The notes: generated by a model not told the origin, from the sequence alone. A stretch of DNA of 64,000 bases from Octopus sinensis (GCF_006345805.1 NW_021833749.1:1-64000), one strand, 5' to 3'; counted from the first letter of the stretch, positions 50,028 to 64,000 are shown. Program-made: numbers and translations.

Positions 50028-50504
50028 GTTATTATTATTATTATATTATTATTATTATTTCAAAAATGTTATTTGTTAATTTATTTTTAATTTTATTTAA
50101 AATAAATATTAACATAAAATGGTGGCTGTCCCCAATGGTCGAGTGCCAACATGTCGGTCCATCAACTGAATGACTAGGTTCCGTCACAAAAGCTGCACAC
50201 TCTGTCCCCGAGGATTCAACACTAAACATTTCGCTCTTTATTTTATTTTATTTTATTTTATTTTATTTTACCATTCTATCGAACGAGAAATCAAATGTTC
50301 TCAGAATAGAGTAAATTTGTTGGAAGATCATAACTGATGCGATTTTGTTTACATAAACATAGTATTTATGATATATATGGGTATATCTTGTAGTGAGAAT
50401 GCTTATATATATATATTGGGGTACTTCACATGCACCCTCTTTAAAATATATAGGGATATTTTTATATATAAACACGAAGTTTATGATATATAGAAGTATA
50501 TTTT

Positions 50505-50740
50505 TTCTACTCTTGGCACAAGGCCCGAAATTTTGCGGTAGGGGGCAGTCGAGTAGATCTGGCTATTAATTTATCGAACCCGAAAGGATGAAAGACAAAG
50601 TCGACCTCAGCGGAATTTGAACTCAGAACATGAAAGGCAAAGTCGACCTCGGCGGGATTTGAACTCAGAACGTAACGGCAGACGAAATACTGCTGAGCAT
50701 TTCGCCCGGCGTGCTAACGTTTCTGCCAGCTCACCGCCTT
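50505..50740 (-). mobile_element. SINE family B with an internal ~44-bp tandem duplication
   Basis: ATGAAAG(A/G)CAAAGTCGACCTC(A/G)GCGG.ATTTGAACTCAGAAC occurs twice back to back. Confidence 0.85.
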
Positions 50741-50829
50741 GTATATATATATATAGGAGTATATTATATTGAGAGAATGCTTCATATGCATACAGGTACT
50801 TTACTTTAGCATCCTGTTTAAAATATGTG

Positions 50830-51150
50830 AAGGCGCGTGGCTTAGTGGTCAGGGCATTCGGCTCACGATCGTACGGTCGTGAGTTCAATTCCCAGCAACG
50901 CGTTGTGTCCTTGAGCAAGACACTTTATTTCACGTCGTTCCAGTCCACTCAGCTGGCAAAAATGAGTAGTACCTGCATTTCAAAGGGCCAGTCTTGTCAC
51001 GCTCTGTGTCACGCTGAATCTCCCTGGGAATTACGTTAAGGGAACATGTGTCTGTGGAGTGCTCAGCCACTTACACGATAATTTCACGAGTAGGCTGTTC
51101 CGTTGATCGGATCAACTGGAACCTTCGTCGTCGTAACCGACGGAGTGCCA
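50830..51150 (+). mobile_element. SINE family F, full copy
   Basis: GGCGCGTGGCTTAGTGGTCAG A box, GAGTTCAATTCCC B box, E-type tail. Confidence 0.9.
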
Positions 51151-51915
51151 CGTAATATTCATACAATATTTAAGATATATTGGGGTATTTTATCTCAATA
51201 CTATGATTAAAATATATAGTGGTATGTTTGTCCTGGCAAAGATTTTAAACCGCCTCTGGCGGTGAGTTTCCAACTTGGATATTCAGGAGTTCCGGTGAGT
51301 ATGGAATTACGTCTTAGACATCACAATTTCCAGGTTCGCTGTGGCTTAGGGTAACAGTACCTGTCAAGGGTCCCAGTAATGTGGTGATTCACAAAAAATA
51401 GTCCTGGCGTTAAGATATACAAACTCAGAAGAGAGCCGGGCCTCTGACATACGTTACACCAGGTCTCTGGTGTCAGGTAGACAAGTTCCCCCTTGCTCAA
51501 AGGCCCCGTGTCTCAAACTTTGGAGAGCTGGAAATAAGCAGAATGAATTATAAATAATGTGGTGAGAATTTTTCTTCTTAACCACATGGGTCCCGGTTCA
51601 GTTGCCCTGCGTAGCAACTTAGGCAAGTGTCTTCAACACTAGCCTCGGATTAATTAAACCTTCTGTATGGATTTGGTAAACTGAAAGAACCCCGTCGTAT
51701 TGCATTTCGGGATGGTCATTCTTTTTAGCCAAATAAACACAGGCACTATATATTCGTTCTTCACTCGTTTGTCACTATTCTTATTCTAACTCATGTCCAT
51801 TGTCCAAAAATCTTTCGTCACATATCTGTGAACTCTTCAGCAACACTCTCTGTCTTCGTGTGTGTTCTTGCTCCATCTATTTCATTCTGTATATATATAT
51901 ACGTATATATATATA

Positions 51916-51964
<49 letters not shown>

Positions 51965-51982
51965 ATATATGTATATATATAT

Positions 51983-52056
<74 letters not shown>

Positions 52057-52077
52057 GTGTGTGTGTACTTATATATG

Positions 52078-53150
52078 TTAGTTAGTTAGTTAGTTAATTT
52101 GGCTCAAAAGCAAATAGCAAGGCCATGTAGGGGGACATGGAGTTAAGTACACGGTGGTGTTCATGTAAAGGGTTCAGGCCACTTGAGGTCCAGGGAGGCT
52201 TTGAACAAAGCGGTCGTCGGCATCTTCACCATCTCGTCTGGCAGCTTGTTCCACGGATCCGCAACCCGGACGGAGAAAGCTCCTCTCCTTCGATTGAGAT
52301 GAAATCGTCGCAGGTAGAGCTTTTCGGAATGACCCCGCAGCCGACGCTCCGGAGCAGGAGTGAAGAACAGCTCTTTCGAGAGGTTACACTTCCCGCTTAT
52401 GATGTTGTGGGCGAGAATGAGATCACCACGGCGGCGGCGTTTTTCAAGAGAATAAAGGTCGAGCGTCCTCAGCCTTTCTTCGTAGGACAAATTTTTGAGA
52501 CCATGAACCAGGCGGGTAGCCAGCCTCTGGACTCTTTCGAGATGCTGTATGTCTTTGAGGAGATAAGGAGAAGAGGCTTGAATCCCATACTCCAATATGG
52601 GTCTCACCAGCGTGACATAGAGTGGTAGGAATATGGCTGCTGTGAGCATTCCGAATGACCGTCGAATCAAAAACAGATTTCCGCGCGCTTTGTTGGCAGC
52701 ATGGACGCACTGGGCCGAAGGCGAAAAGGAGGAATCCACCAAGATACCCAGGTCCTTTACCTGATCGGTCCTCTCCAGCAGCCGACGACCCGGCTCGAAA
52801 TCAAGTTGAGTTGCAGGAGTAGAGCCGACAGGCAGATGACAGCACTTTGACACGTTCAGACACAGGTCCCAATCGTTAGACCACTTCCAAATTTGGTGGA
52901 GGCATCGACGAAGATCTTCTATACTACCGCGAGGAGCGACCAGTTTGATATCGTCGGCAAATAGAAGGGTGTGTTGCGTGAGGTCGTCGGGCAAGTCATT
53001 TATGAAGACTAAGAACAACAAGGGCCCAAGCACTGAACCTTGAGGCACGCCACTGCTCGCACTGGAGACGTCGGACCACGAACCATTAACTTGAACTTGG
53101 AATGAGCGATCTGAGAGGAAGGCACCAACCCATCGTACAATATCCGGATA
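52078..53150 (-). mobile_element. CR1-clade LINE, 5'-truncated, GC-rich, frame intact
   Basis: SGVPQGSVLGPLLFLVFINDL, FADDIKL, VKDLGIL, LVRPILEY, RRRRGDLI, LRGH, WNKLP; 3' UTR stem-loop (52123-52140) and (AACT)n tail 52078-52095. Confidence 0.93.
52161..53150 (-). CDS. Reverse transcriptase C-terminal ~330 codons without a stop (CR1 ORF2 fragment)
   Basis: ORF track 52161-53183; first ~11 residues are flanking microsatellite. Confidence 0.85.
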   Translation of the reverse strand, partial: YPDIVRWVGAFLSDRSFQVQVNGSWSDVSSASSGVPQGSVLGPLLFLVFINDLPDDLTQHTLLFADDIKLVAPRGSIEDLRRCLHQIWKWSNDWDLCLNVSKCCHLPVGSTPATQLDFEPGRRLLERTDQVKDLGILVDSSFSPSAQCVHAANKARGNLFLIRRSFGMLTAAIFLPLYVTLVRPILEYGIQASSPYLLKDIQHLERVQRLATRLVHGLKNLSYEERLRTLDLYSLEKRRRRGDLILAHNIISGKCNLSKELFFTPAPERRLRGHSEKLYLRRFHLNRRRGAFSVRVADPWNKLPDEMVKMPTTALFKASLDLKWPEPFT

Positions 53151-53181
53151 TATGTGCATGTATATATACATACACACACAC

Positions 53182-53228
<47 letters not shown>

Positions 53229-53238
53229 TGTGTGTGTA

Positions 53239-53269
<31 letters not shown>

Positions 53270-53334
53270 TGTGTGTGTGTGTGTATGTCAGGTATATATA
53301 TTTTATATCAGGTCACTTTCGAGTGCTACTGGTA

Positions 53335-53700
53335 ATATGTAACCCAGTACAACCTGTTGCATGGTCAAGTCGTCGGTGACTAAACCGGTAACTCCACCAA
53401 GCTTGCTTGGTGAAGAGGGTGTTTATTGGACACCCTGCGGAATGAAAAACAAGATCCGTCAAAAGGCGGAGGAACTCTCGAGAGTCAACGGCCATCCAAT
53501 AAATGTCTTAAGGCTGTATCATGCGCGAGGACATAGAAATAATCGGACTGAATACCCGATCGCGCGGTTAAACCATTGGGAGTGAAGGACTCCTAGCCTT
53601 TGTTAGGGCATCCTTCTAGGAGAAGGTAACTCAGGTAACTGGGATAACTCCGACATAAAACCTGCGGCTCAGTGGTTACCGATGATGTTGACTTGTTCTT
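53335..53700 (+). mobile_element. Possible LINE 5' UTR fragment (RTE/R4-like)
   Basis: GC-richer island with CTAGGAGAAGGTAACTC, similar to CTAGGTGAAGGACCACTC at ~59385-59402 (minus). Assignment from recollection only. Confidence 0.25.
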
Positions 53701-54221
53701 CTTTTCGGGTTACGGCTGCTGTTGCTTAGTGAGTGAGATTGACTCTGTGCACAGCCTTTCCTCACTTTAAAAAAATCTTATTGCACAGGCATTGCACGAT
53801 AACAACATTGATTAAACTTCGTGCAATGGCCATATTCGATAACGAGGGGCAGCCACCATATATATATGTGCATGTATATATACATACGTGTATCTTTGTA
53901 TCTATGTTTGTCCCCCACCACTGCCTCACAACTGGTGGTGATGCGCTTACGTCCCTGTAACTTAGCGGCTCTGCTTAAAAAATTTATAATAAATACTGGG
54001 GTAGATTCATTCGACAATAAATTCGACTATAAATTCATCATGGCGGTGCCCCAGCATGACCGCAGTTCAACAACTGAAACAAATAAGGGATAAAAGATAA
54101 AATATGAGAGAAGAAAGAATGAGTATTGGTTCGGTACTCCTTTACTTCGGGAGTTATGCGATTAACACTAGACCCGAAACACGAATGGTTTAATTGTCGC
54201 ACGTCGAGTGCATCCAAACAC

Positions 54222-54485
54222 ACATACACCATTGTTTTGAATACACATTGCAATAGGTTTACCCCACTCATTGTGAACTCGTAACTGCACATCTGGTGTT
54301 ACGTGTGCAAAGGAGTTGGTGATGCATTCCTTCAAATGATTTAGGTCTTTTATCTTTCTGCAATAAATCGTGCCTTTCAAATGCCCCCAAAGTAGGGTCG
54401 GATCAAGGGATCTAGGCGATTTTATAAACTGTTTCATTATAAAAAAATAAATTTTCCTATGTATGGAAACTTTTGAATCACCATG
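54222..54485 (-). mobile_element. Internally deleted Tc1/mariner-superfamily element
   Basis: TA-CATGGTGATTCAAAAGTTTCCATACA terminus joined to SPRS..P..LWGHLKGTIY..KIKDLNHLKECI...MCIQNNG (WPPRSPDLTPLDFFLWG-type C-terminus). Confidence 0.7.
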
Positions 54486-54507
54486 TATATATATATACAT
54501 ATATATA

Positions 54508-54583
54508 TATAATTATAATAAAGGGTTATTTGCAACAAGTTGCTTAAACCACATACCGAAAATAACCCTTTATTATAATTATA
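54508..54583. repeat. Perfect 24-bp inverted repeat with 28-nt spacer
   Basis: TATAATTATAATAAAGGGTTATTT / AAATAACCCTTTATTATAATTATA. Confidence 0.9.
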
Positions 54584-54710
54584 AAAAACCCTTTATTATA
54601 ATTATATATAATTTTTACCGAATATGGTCCTTTCCATACCGAAAAAGCTACTAGATGAAATTTATTAATTTTATTAAATTAATTATATTTCACCCTTTAT
54701 ATGTATCGAA

Positions 54711-54776
<66 letters not shown>

Positions 54777-55234
54777 GTATATGTGAGTGTGTTTGTGTAT
54801 ATATTTATGCACATACACACATACATTATGTGTGTGTGCAAGCCAACCAACATTAAAATAATTTGAAAAATAGGGAAACCACTTAAATTTCATCGGTTAA
54901 ACCTGAGTAGAACCTCCATTCTGTGGATGCAGGGTGGTGCAGAGAGCAGAGTGCAAATCTAAAGCTTGATTAACTGTTTAGAACCAGTTTCTGACAGTTA
55001 TAAATTTGAGTCAAATTCCTATTAGGGGGGAGCCCCTAATAGTATGCAAATAGTATACTAGACGAAATGTTCTTTCATCACTGAGGTTTGTATGTTCAGT
55101 TAAAAGGGTATAAAAACATGAGTTTGTCTCGCAAGTCGAGTGTTCAATAATGTTGGAAGATGGCGGTCAGATGAGAGAGGCAAAATGTTTGTAAAAATTA
55201 ATATTCAGGAATACAACAAACAAACTATGTGGTA

Positions 55235-55709
<475 letters not shown>

Positions 55710-56343
55710 TATACATATATATTATATACATATATGTACGCCCGTATGTAGGAGCTAAATACTTAGATATATGCACATACACATATACACACACACACAT
55801 ACACACAAACACACACGCACACACACAAACACATTAACACGTGTAGAGCGAATATATTCACATAAACATCAATCCTAAGAAACGGCGATGACGCTAAGCT
55901 CTGTGAAGTATTCGAAAGAGAAGTTATTTCCCCTTTCCTTCCCCTCTCAGGTGTTTTACTCACATGAAACATGGCAGACGTAAGGCAGTCTTTCATTCGG
56001 GTTTACTGTAATTCTCTCCACTTGTTGTGGTCGGCAATTAAAGAATAAGAACAAAGACAACAAATAAAAAATAGGATGAAGAGCAGAGGGAGTGTTAAGT
56101 GCACTGAATTCATAAATAAGAAAATAGAAGCGAGAGAGCGAGAGGGAGTGAGTGAGAGAGAGGGGTGGAAGAGGAGGGAGTAAGTGAATTTTCTAATTGA
56201 ATCGGGAAGCCGTTGTTTGCAAGATGTGAAGGAGTCCTTTGAGGAATGAGAAGCAGTGGGGAGATCAGAGTAATACAATCTCTTTTTCAAAACTTCAATC
56301 CAAACAATATCAATAAACAACCACCGACAAGAGCAAACTGCTG

Positions 56344-56345
<2 letters not shown>

Positions 56346-56401
<56 letters not shown>

Positions 56402-56421
56402 TAATAATAATAATAATAATG

Positions 56422-56475
<54 letters not shown>

Positions 56476-56492
56476 GTAATGATAATAATAAT
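56346..56492. repeat. (TAA)n array
   Basis: Direct inspection. Confidence 0.97.
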
Positions 56493-56619
56493 ACCTGAAA
56501 TTTAGGGTCACGGGTTAAGTCGACTGGTACTTATTTTATCGACTCCGAAAAGGATGAAAGGCAAAGTCGACCTCGGCGGAATTCGAACTCACAACGTAGC
56601 GACAGGCGCCTGTTTCTAG

Positions 56620-58466
<1,847 letters not shown>

Positions 58467-58467
58467 C

Positions 58468-59061
58468 TTAGTTTGATTCAGGTTTGGTCTTATTCCAGGT
58501 AGATTTTATGTCGGTAGTGCGTTACTACCTGAAACCATGGGTATCCATAAGTTTTCAGCAGTCTTTCAAGTGCTTAGAACCCTCCTGGTAATATTTGCTG
58601 AGTTTGATGGAAAGTATTAGCTGTCCACAGCCAGCAGGCACTTGTTTACTGATCATGCTTCAAGAACCCTGCGGGAAACTCTTGCACTTCCAAGCAATGA
58701 TGACTTCTGTTGGTGTTCTATCTTTACATTTGTACCAATCTTTTTGAGCCATGTTTGTAGTTAAGTGCTAATACTTCGTTGCCTGCATCCTCTGACTGGC
58801 ACGCCATTTGCATCTACTGGAACACTCCGATAGAAACACTCCATAACCACCACGTTTACTTGTTTACTCCACTTTTGTCTCGCGACATGGCTAGCAGTGG
58901 CTTGATTACGACCGGGCCCACCTTGCTGCATAACGGGACACCTGTCAGATACGCCACCTTCACCATTGGCTCCAGTCCTATCCACATTGTTATGGTTAGC
59001 TATTTTGCCTCACATTTTCACTCATAAATGAGGTTCGCTCTTAGATTACCACCAACTGGTA
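58468..59061 (-). mobile_element. 5' region of a further R4-like LINE (ORF N-terminus)
   Basis: RQKWSKQVNVVVMECFYRSVPVDANGVPVRG.RQR, comparable to RRKWTREE in family 2; bounded by a TAA array; probable UTR continues past the SINE to ~59470. Confidence 0.6.
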
Positions 59062-59077
59062 TTTTTATCGAGATACC

Positions 59078-59308
59078 TATTTCTTTATTACCCACAAGGG
59101 GCTAAACATAGAGGGGACAAACAAGGACAGACAAAGGTATTAAGTCGATTACATCGACCCCAGTGAGTAACTGGTACTTAATTTATCGACCCCGAAAGGA
59201 TGAAAGGCAAAGTCTACCTTGGTGGAATTCGAACTCAGAACGTAACGGCAGACGAAATACGGTTACGCATTTCGCCCGGCGTGCTAACGTTTCTGCCAGC
59301 TCGCCGCC
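59078..59308 (-). mobile_element. SINE family B, full copy with 16-bp TSD
   Basis: TTTTTATCGAGATACC at 59062-59077 and 59309-59324. Confidence 0.92.
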
Positions 59309-60274
59309 TTTTTATCGAGATACCATCTCTAGCAATGTTGCCCACCTAGATGGAGGATGCCTTGCTCTCCTCGTTTTGAAACCAGAGTGGTCCTTCACCT
59401 AGGCTGGTTTGCAATCCAGGGCTGACGAGCTCAGCCTACACAGAGCACTGGTTATTTGAAGGCGCCAGACACTCGTCTTTCAACTGCCTTCTCCTAGTTC
59501 GGTTCCAACATGTTATATATAATAATTTCCATCGGCGTCTCTTTTTTTTTTTTTTGCTTCCTATCAAAAATACAATTTTACTGCATAATTTCCTTCCCAC
59601 TGATTTCTAGAATATCGTTAAATCAACGGTATAAACGTGAGTGTAAAAGTACATCCCAGAATCCACTGCAAACACTCATCACTAATCATTGATCACTTCC
59701 GCTATATGAAATGAATCCAATGCAGAATAAAGTGGAGCAGACTCAGCTTGCTTCCTCTCGGTGAACAGATGAAATATATACTAGCGAATGTATGCCATTT
59801 TAGAGTGCTCCCTCCTATTGTACTTTCGCATGGCACCCTATTTCTATGTAGGTTATTATATGTCTTGGATAGCTACTGCCCTGGGCAACGCTTTGGAAGG
59901 AATGATTGAGACTAGCGTTTGTGCTTTACTCTGGTTCCAATTAGGTTAGGATAAAATTAGCGAAGCAACTGGCTACGGACCAAGAGGAAATCTCAATTAT
60001 TATTTTAGAGACCAATTAAATAAATGTGGTATTGAAGCGAAGTGAGAACGTGGGAGAGGAGGGGGGACTGGAAGGGATAGAGTGATAAAGGGAGAGAGGG
60101 AGAGAGGGAGAGAGAGAAGTAGAGATTCTCTCAAAGAGTGAAGATAGAAGTATACAGAAACGCGAATTATATACATATATACACAAACAAACATATATAT
60201 ATATATACACATACATACATATATATGTTTGTGTGTGCGTAAATGTAAATGGAGAGATACATATATAGATATAG

Positions 60275-60613
<339 letters not shown>

Positions 60614-61157
60614 TAGGAAATGTTTCTGGAATCAGTGGGAAATGGGCAAAAGACATTCACAGCTGAGAAATCCGCGAATAAGCAGCATTGACATAATTCT
60701 CGGAATGTTTGCTTAGATCAGTGGAATATATGTGGCTCTCGTTTGGAATGTTGATCTAATTAATAATAATAAATGGAGAAAGATTCCGAAATATTGCGGT
60801 CAAATATTACATGTAATTGGATGATTTACTACAGGTAGACATTTAGATGTCGGCTGTAATCGTTGGTAAAACGGTTTTGGTTGTGAGCAACAATGAAGAG
60901 GAGAGAGAGACACAGAGAGAGAGAGAACTGCATGTACATACACACAAAGACAACGTCTGTGTGTATGTGTATAGGCACATATCAACATGTGTGTGTGTGT
61001 GTGTGTATGTGTGTGTGTGTACGTGTGTGTACGTGTGTGTGTGTACGTGTGTTCTTTATTTGTTTTCTGACTGATGGGAAAATGAGCCGGTTTCTAACCT
61101 AGAAGCCTGAGTATTTCACCGGAATTTTGGCATCAAGCAGAGTAGTTTTGTATGTGT

Positions 61158-61194
<37 letters not shown>

Positions 61195-61524
61195 GCATGT
61201 ATGTATGTATGTATGTATGTATGTATGTATGTATGTATGTATGTATGTATGTATGTATGCATGAGTGTATGTATGAGTGTATGTATGTATATATACATAC
61301 ACACACAGAAAAACACATGCACACAAACATACACACACAAACACATACATACACACACAAACACACACACAAACACACATATATATTGCTTTCAAATTTT
61401 GGCGCGAGGCCAGCAATTTCGGGGGAGGGGTTAAGTCGATTACATCAACCCCAGTACATAACTGGTACTTATTTTATCCACCCCGAAATGATGAATCTGT
61501 GTATGTGTGTGTTTGTGAGTGTGT

Positions 61525-61800
61525 GAAGGCGCGGGGTTTAGTCGTTAGCGTATTCGGCTCGGGAGTTCAATTCCCGGTGACGCGTTTTGTCTTTGAGCAA
61601 GACACTTTATTTCACGTTGTTTCAGTCCACTCAGCTGGCAAAAATGATTAGTACCTGTAATTAAAAGAGGCCAGCCTTGTCACACTCTGTGTCATGCTGA
61701 ATCTTCCTGATAAGTACGTGAAGGATATGCGTGTCTGTGGAGTACTCAGCCATTTTCACGAGCAGGCTGTTCCGTTGATCGGATCAATTGGAACCGACGG
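61525..61800 (+). mobile_element. SINE family F, diverged
   Basis: GAGTTCAATTCCC, CTTTGAGCAAGACACTTTATTTCAC, E-type tail. Confidence 0.8.
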
Positions 61801-61894
61801 ACTGTCAGTAAGTATATATATGTATATATTGCGTCTCACGTTTGATCTTTCACTTCTGGCCGAAATCAGATCGCCATGTTGATTCGCTAGCCTC

Positions 61895-62110
61895 TGCACG
61901 CATATTTTTTTCTCTCCTTCTTTCTGTGTTTTTTTTCTCTGTGTATCTTTCTGTTGAAGAGCGTAGGCTCGAAACGTTAAAGACTTGTTTTATTTATATT
62001 TCCTGAGCGCCATACTAATACAATTGTTTGTTTGTATTCCACCTGCCTTCGTCTTTTGTTTATTTCCGTAAACCTGCCTTCGTCTTTTGTCTATTTTCAT
62101 AAAGCTTCCC
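61895..62110 (+). mobile_element. Penelope-like terminal repeat family 2 with hammerhead-like motif (61946-61983)
   Basis: TCTTT-CTGTTGA-A-GAGC GTAG GCTC-GAAA-CG-TT-AAAGA. Confidence 0.65.
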
Positions 62111-62120
62111 GTTATATATA

Positions 62121-62197
<77 letters not shown>

Positions 62198-62264
62198 TAT
62201 ATACATACATACATACATACATACATACATACATACATACATACATACATACATACATACGTGT

Positions 62265-62452
62265 GTGTGTGTCCATCATCGCTTGACAACCGATGTCGGT
62301 GTGTTTAAGTCCCCGTCAATTAGCAGTTCGGCAAAAGAGACCGACAGAATAAGTTCCCGGGTTACAAAGAATAAGCCTTGCGGTCGATTTGTTCGACTAA
62401 GGTGGTGGTCAAGCATGGCCGTAGTCAAAATGGCTGAAATAAATAAAAGAAT
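62265..62452 (+). mobile_element. SINE family A, 3' half
   Basis: CGCTTGACAACCGATG...CGGCAAAAGAGACCGA. Confidence 0.8.
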
Positions 62453-62479
62453 ATGTGTATATATATATATGTATGTATG

Positions 62480-62529
<50 letters not shown>

Positions 62530-62531
<2 letters not shown>

Positions 62532-62825
62532 AATAATTATAAAGAGGTAAAATTAATTAATTAATCAATTAATTAATTAATAATTAATAATTTTACCAAG
62601 TAGTTCGGTATGTTAAAATAACCTTCTTAGGTAAAATTATACAAATATCTATAATTATAAACATAATTATAATCAGGGGTCAGCTAATTATGTTTATAAT
62701 TATAGAATATTTGTATAATTTTACCTAAGAAGGTTATTTTAACATACCGAACTACTTGGTAAAATTATTAATTATTAATATATTAATTGATTAATTAATT
62801 AATTTAACCCCTTTATAATTATTGA
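62530..62825. repeat. ~140-bp-arm near-perfect palindrome with 15-nt spacer, flanked by (TA)n
   Basis: Left arm 62530-62669, spacer TAATCAGGGGTCAGC, right arm 62685-62825. Confidence 0.95.
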
Positions 62826-62870
62826 TATATATATTATATATATACATACATATATATGTGAGTATATATA

Positions 62871-62931
<61 letters not shown>

Positions 62932-63169
62932 TACATACATATATACATATTACATTTACAGATAAATTCCTCTATTTACATAATATCGAGGTCTCTTTCT
63001 TTCTTTTGTTATCTTACCGTTTTTATCAATATATATATATATATATAAATTTATGGTAAGGACACCCTATTTCGTTTTGTAACCATAATATACAAGCAAG
63101 TATAATATAAGATTATGAGTGAATATTGTCTTATTTTCGTATTAGCAATGCAATATAATCACTTTTAAT

Positions 63170-63960
63170 TTTCGCTCTACAGATATCCTATATAATTTAG
63201 AGCCAGCATTTATTCACCATTACACATGTTTCATGTGGTAATAGGAAATACAAAGTTTTACATGTAAGGAATTTTCTTTTGGAAATTCAGGAATTGTTAC
63301 ATACTTTGTTATACAATAAACTCTGCAAGCCATATTTTCAATTCCAATATGTACCTTCCATCAATACAAGAACGACAGCATCTATATGTTGGATTGTAAT
63401 ACTGGAATATATAGATTTACTTCAAGAGTGGTAGGGGCACAACCTGGATTTTACCCTGGCTCTACATCACTTCTTTATGTCTTATTTCTTAACTTGCAAA
63501 CAATTTATCCAATCAAGTAATCGATTACTTAATTGTTTGGTCAACCAATAAATCAATGAAGTAAGTTTGTCAATGTCTTTTCGTCGCCAGTCGTAACCTC
63601 ATCAATAATAACATGTCTTCTCTAATCCAGGCCTGCTTCAGGTCTGTCTATCAGATATACTGATAAGTTTTGCGAAATCTCACCGTTCTGTAAAAATCGG
63701 TTTTTATCAAATAGAAAAAGAACTGTTTCACTCTACATATGCCTTGAATAAAGTACTTTTCCTTTGGGTAATGGTGTGTGTATCTTTATAGAAATTCTGG
63801 GATAGCGACTGTAGTAATGTCTTAGATTTGGTTTATTGGAGTTTTACATAGCCAGATGTTTCAACTCTCGTCTCTGCGAAAATGTCAGTCGTATGCCAGA
63901 AAAACAGAATTATTAAACACTAACGTTTTGCTAAGTGAGCTTTCTACATAAAGGTAGGAT
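63170..63960 (-). pseudogene. Possible decayed Penelope-like ORF (GIY-YIG region)
   Basis: Only fragmentary FLTCKT.. and NYIG-like motifs across frameshifts. Weak. Confidence 0.25.
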
Positions 63961-64000
63961 ACAATTAGGGAGGTGAATATAACTGACAAACGTAAACATG

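Noticed and set aside
50830-50910. Functional tRNA genes at SINE heads (families A, B, C, E, F, G)
   Set aside because: A and B boxes present but acceptor stems do not close, and each continues into a SINE body.
51800-51846. Hammerhead-like CTGAAGA-GT(T)CACA gata TGTGAC-GAAA on the minus strand
   Set aside because: Core and stem II look right but stems I and III cannot be paired in this copy; at best a dead relic.
59420-59452. CTGACGA-GCTC...GAGC hammerhead-like half
   Set aside because: Followed by ACTGG rather than GAAA; core incomplete.

Overview
AT-rich eukaryotic repeat landscape with very dense microsatellites. The SINE, microsatellite and LINE make-up looks like an octopus (cephalopod) genome; this is inferred, not database-checked. 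No host gene can be confidently identified, and almost all six-frame ORFs are microsatellite artefacts. Recognisable coding remnants are all mobile elements. There are R4/Dong-clade REL-endonuclease LINEs (one near full length at 27601-31664, one 5'-truncated at 1558-4085, plus fragments), every one sitting in a (TAA)n array. There is also an intact-frame GC-rich CR1-type RT fragment (52078-53150), an RTE 3' end, a decayed mariner, a Tc1/mariner deletion derivative, Penelope-like GIY-YIG remnants, a probable Helentron-type non-autonomous element, and about seven tRNA-SINE/SINE-like families (labelled A-H here, my own labels). The most interesting signals are four. (1) A TAA-microsatellite-targeted retroelement community: R4/Dong LINEs plus two apparently non-autonomous riders. 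(2) At least eight hammerhead-ribozyme motifs in small Penelope-like repeats, including a family whose three copies all carry U instead of the near-invariant A6. (3) Several long, near-perfect hairpins and inverted duplications. (4) A young-looking CR1 that may be horizontally acquired. Coordinates were read by eye and may be off by a few bases.
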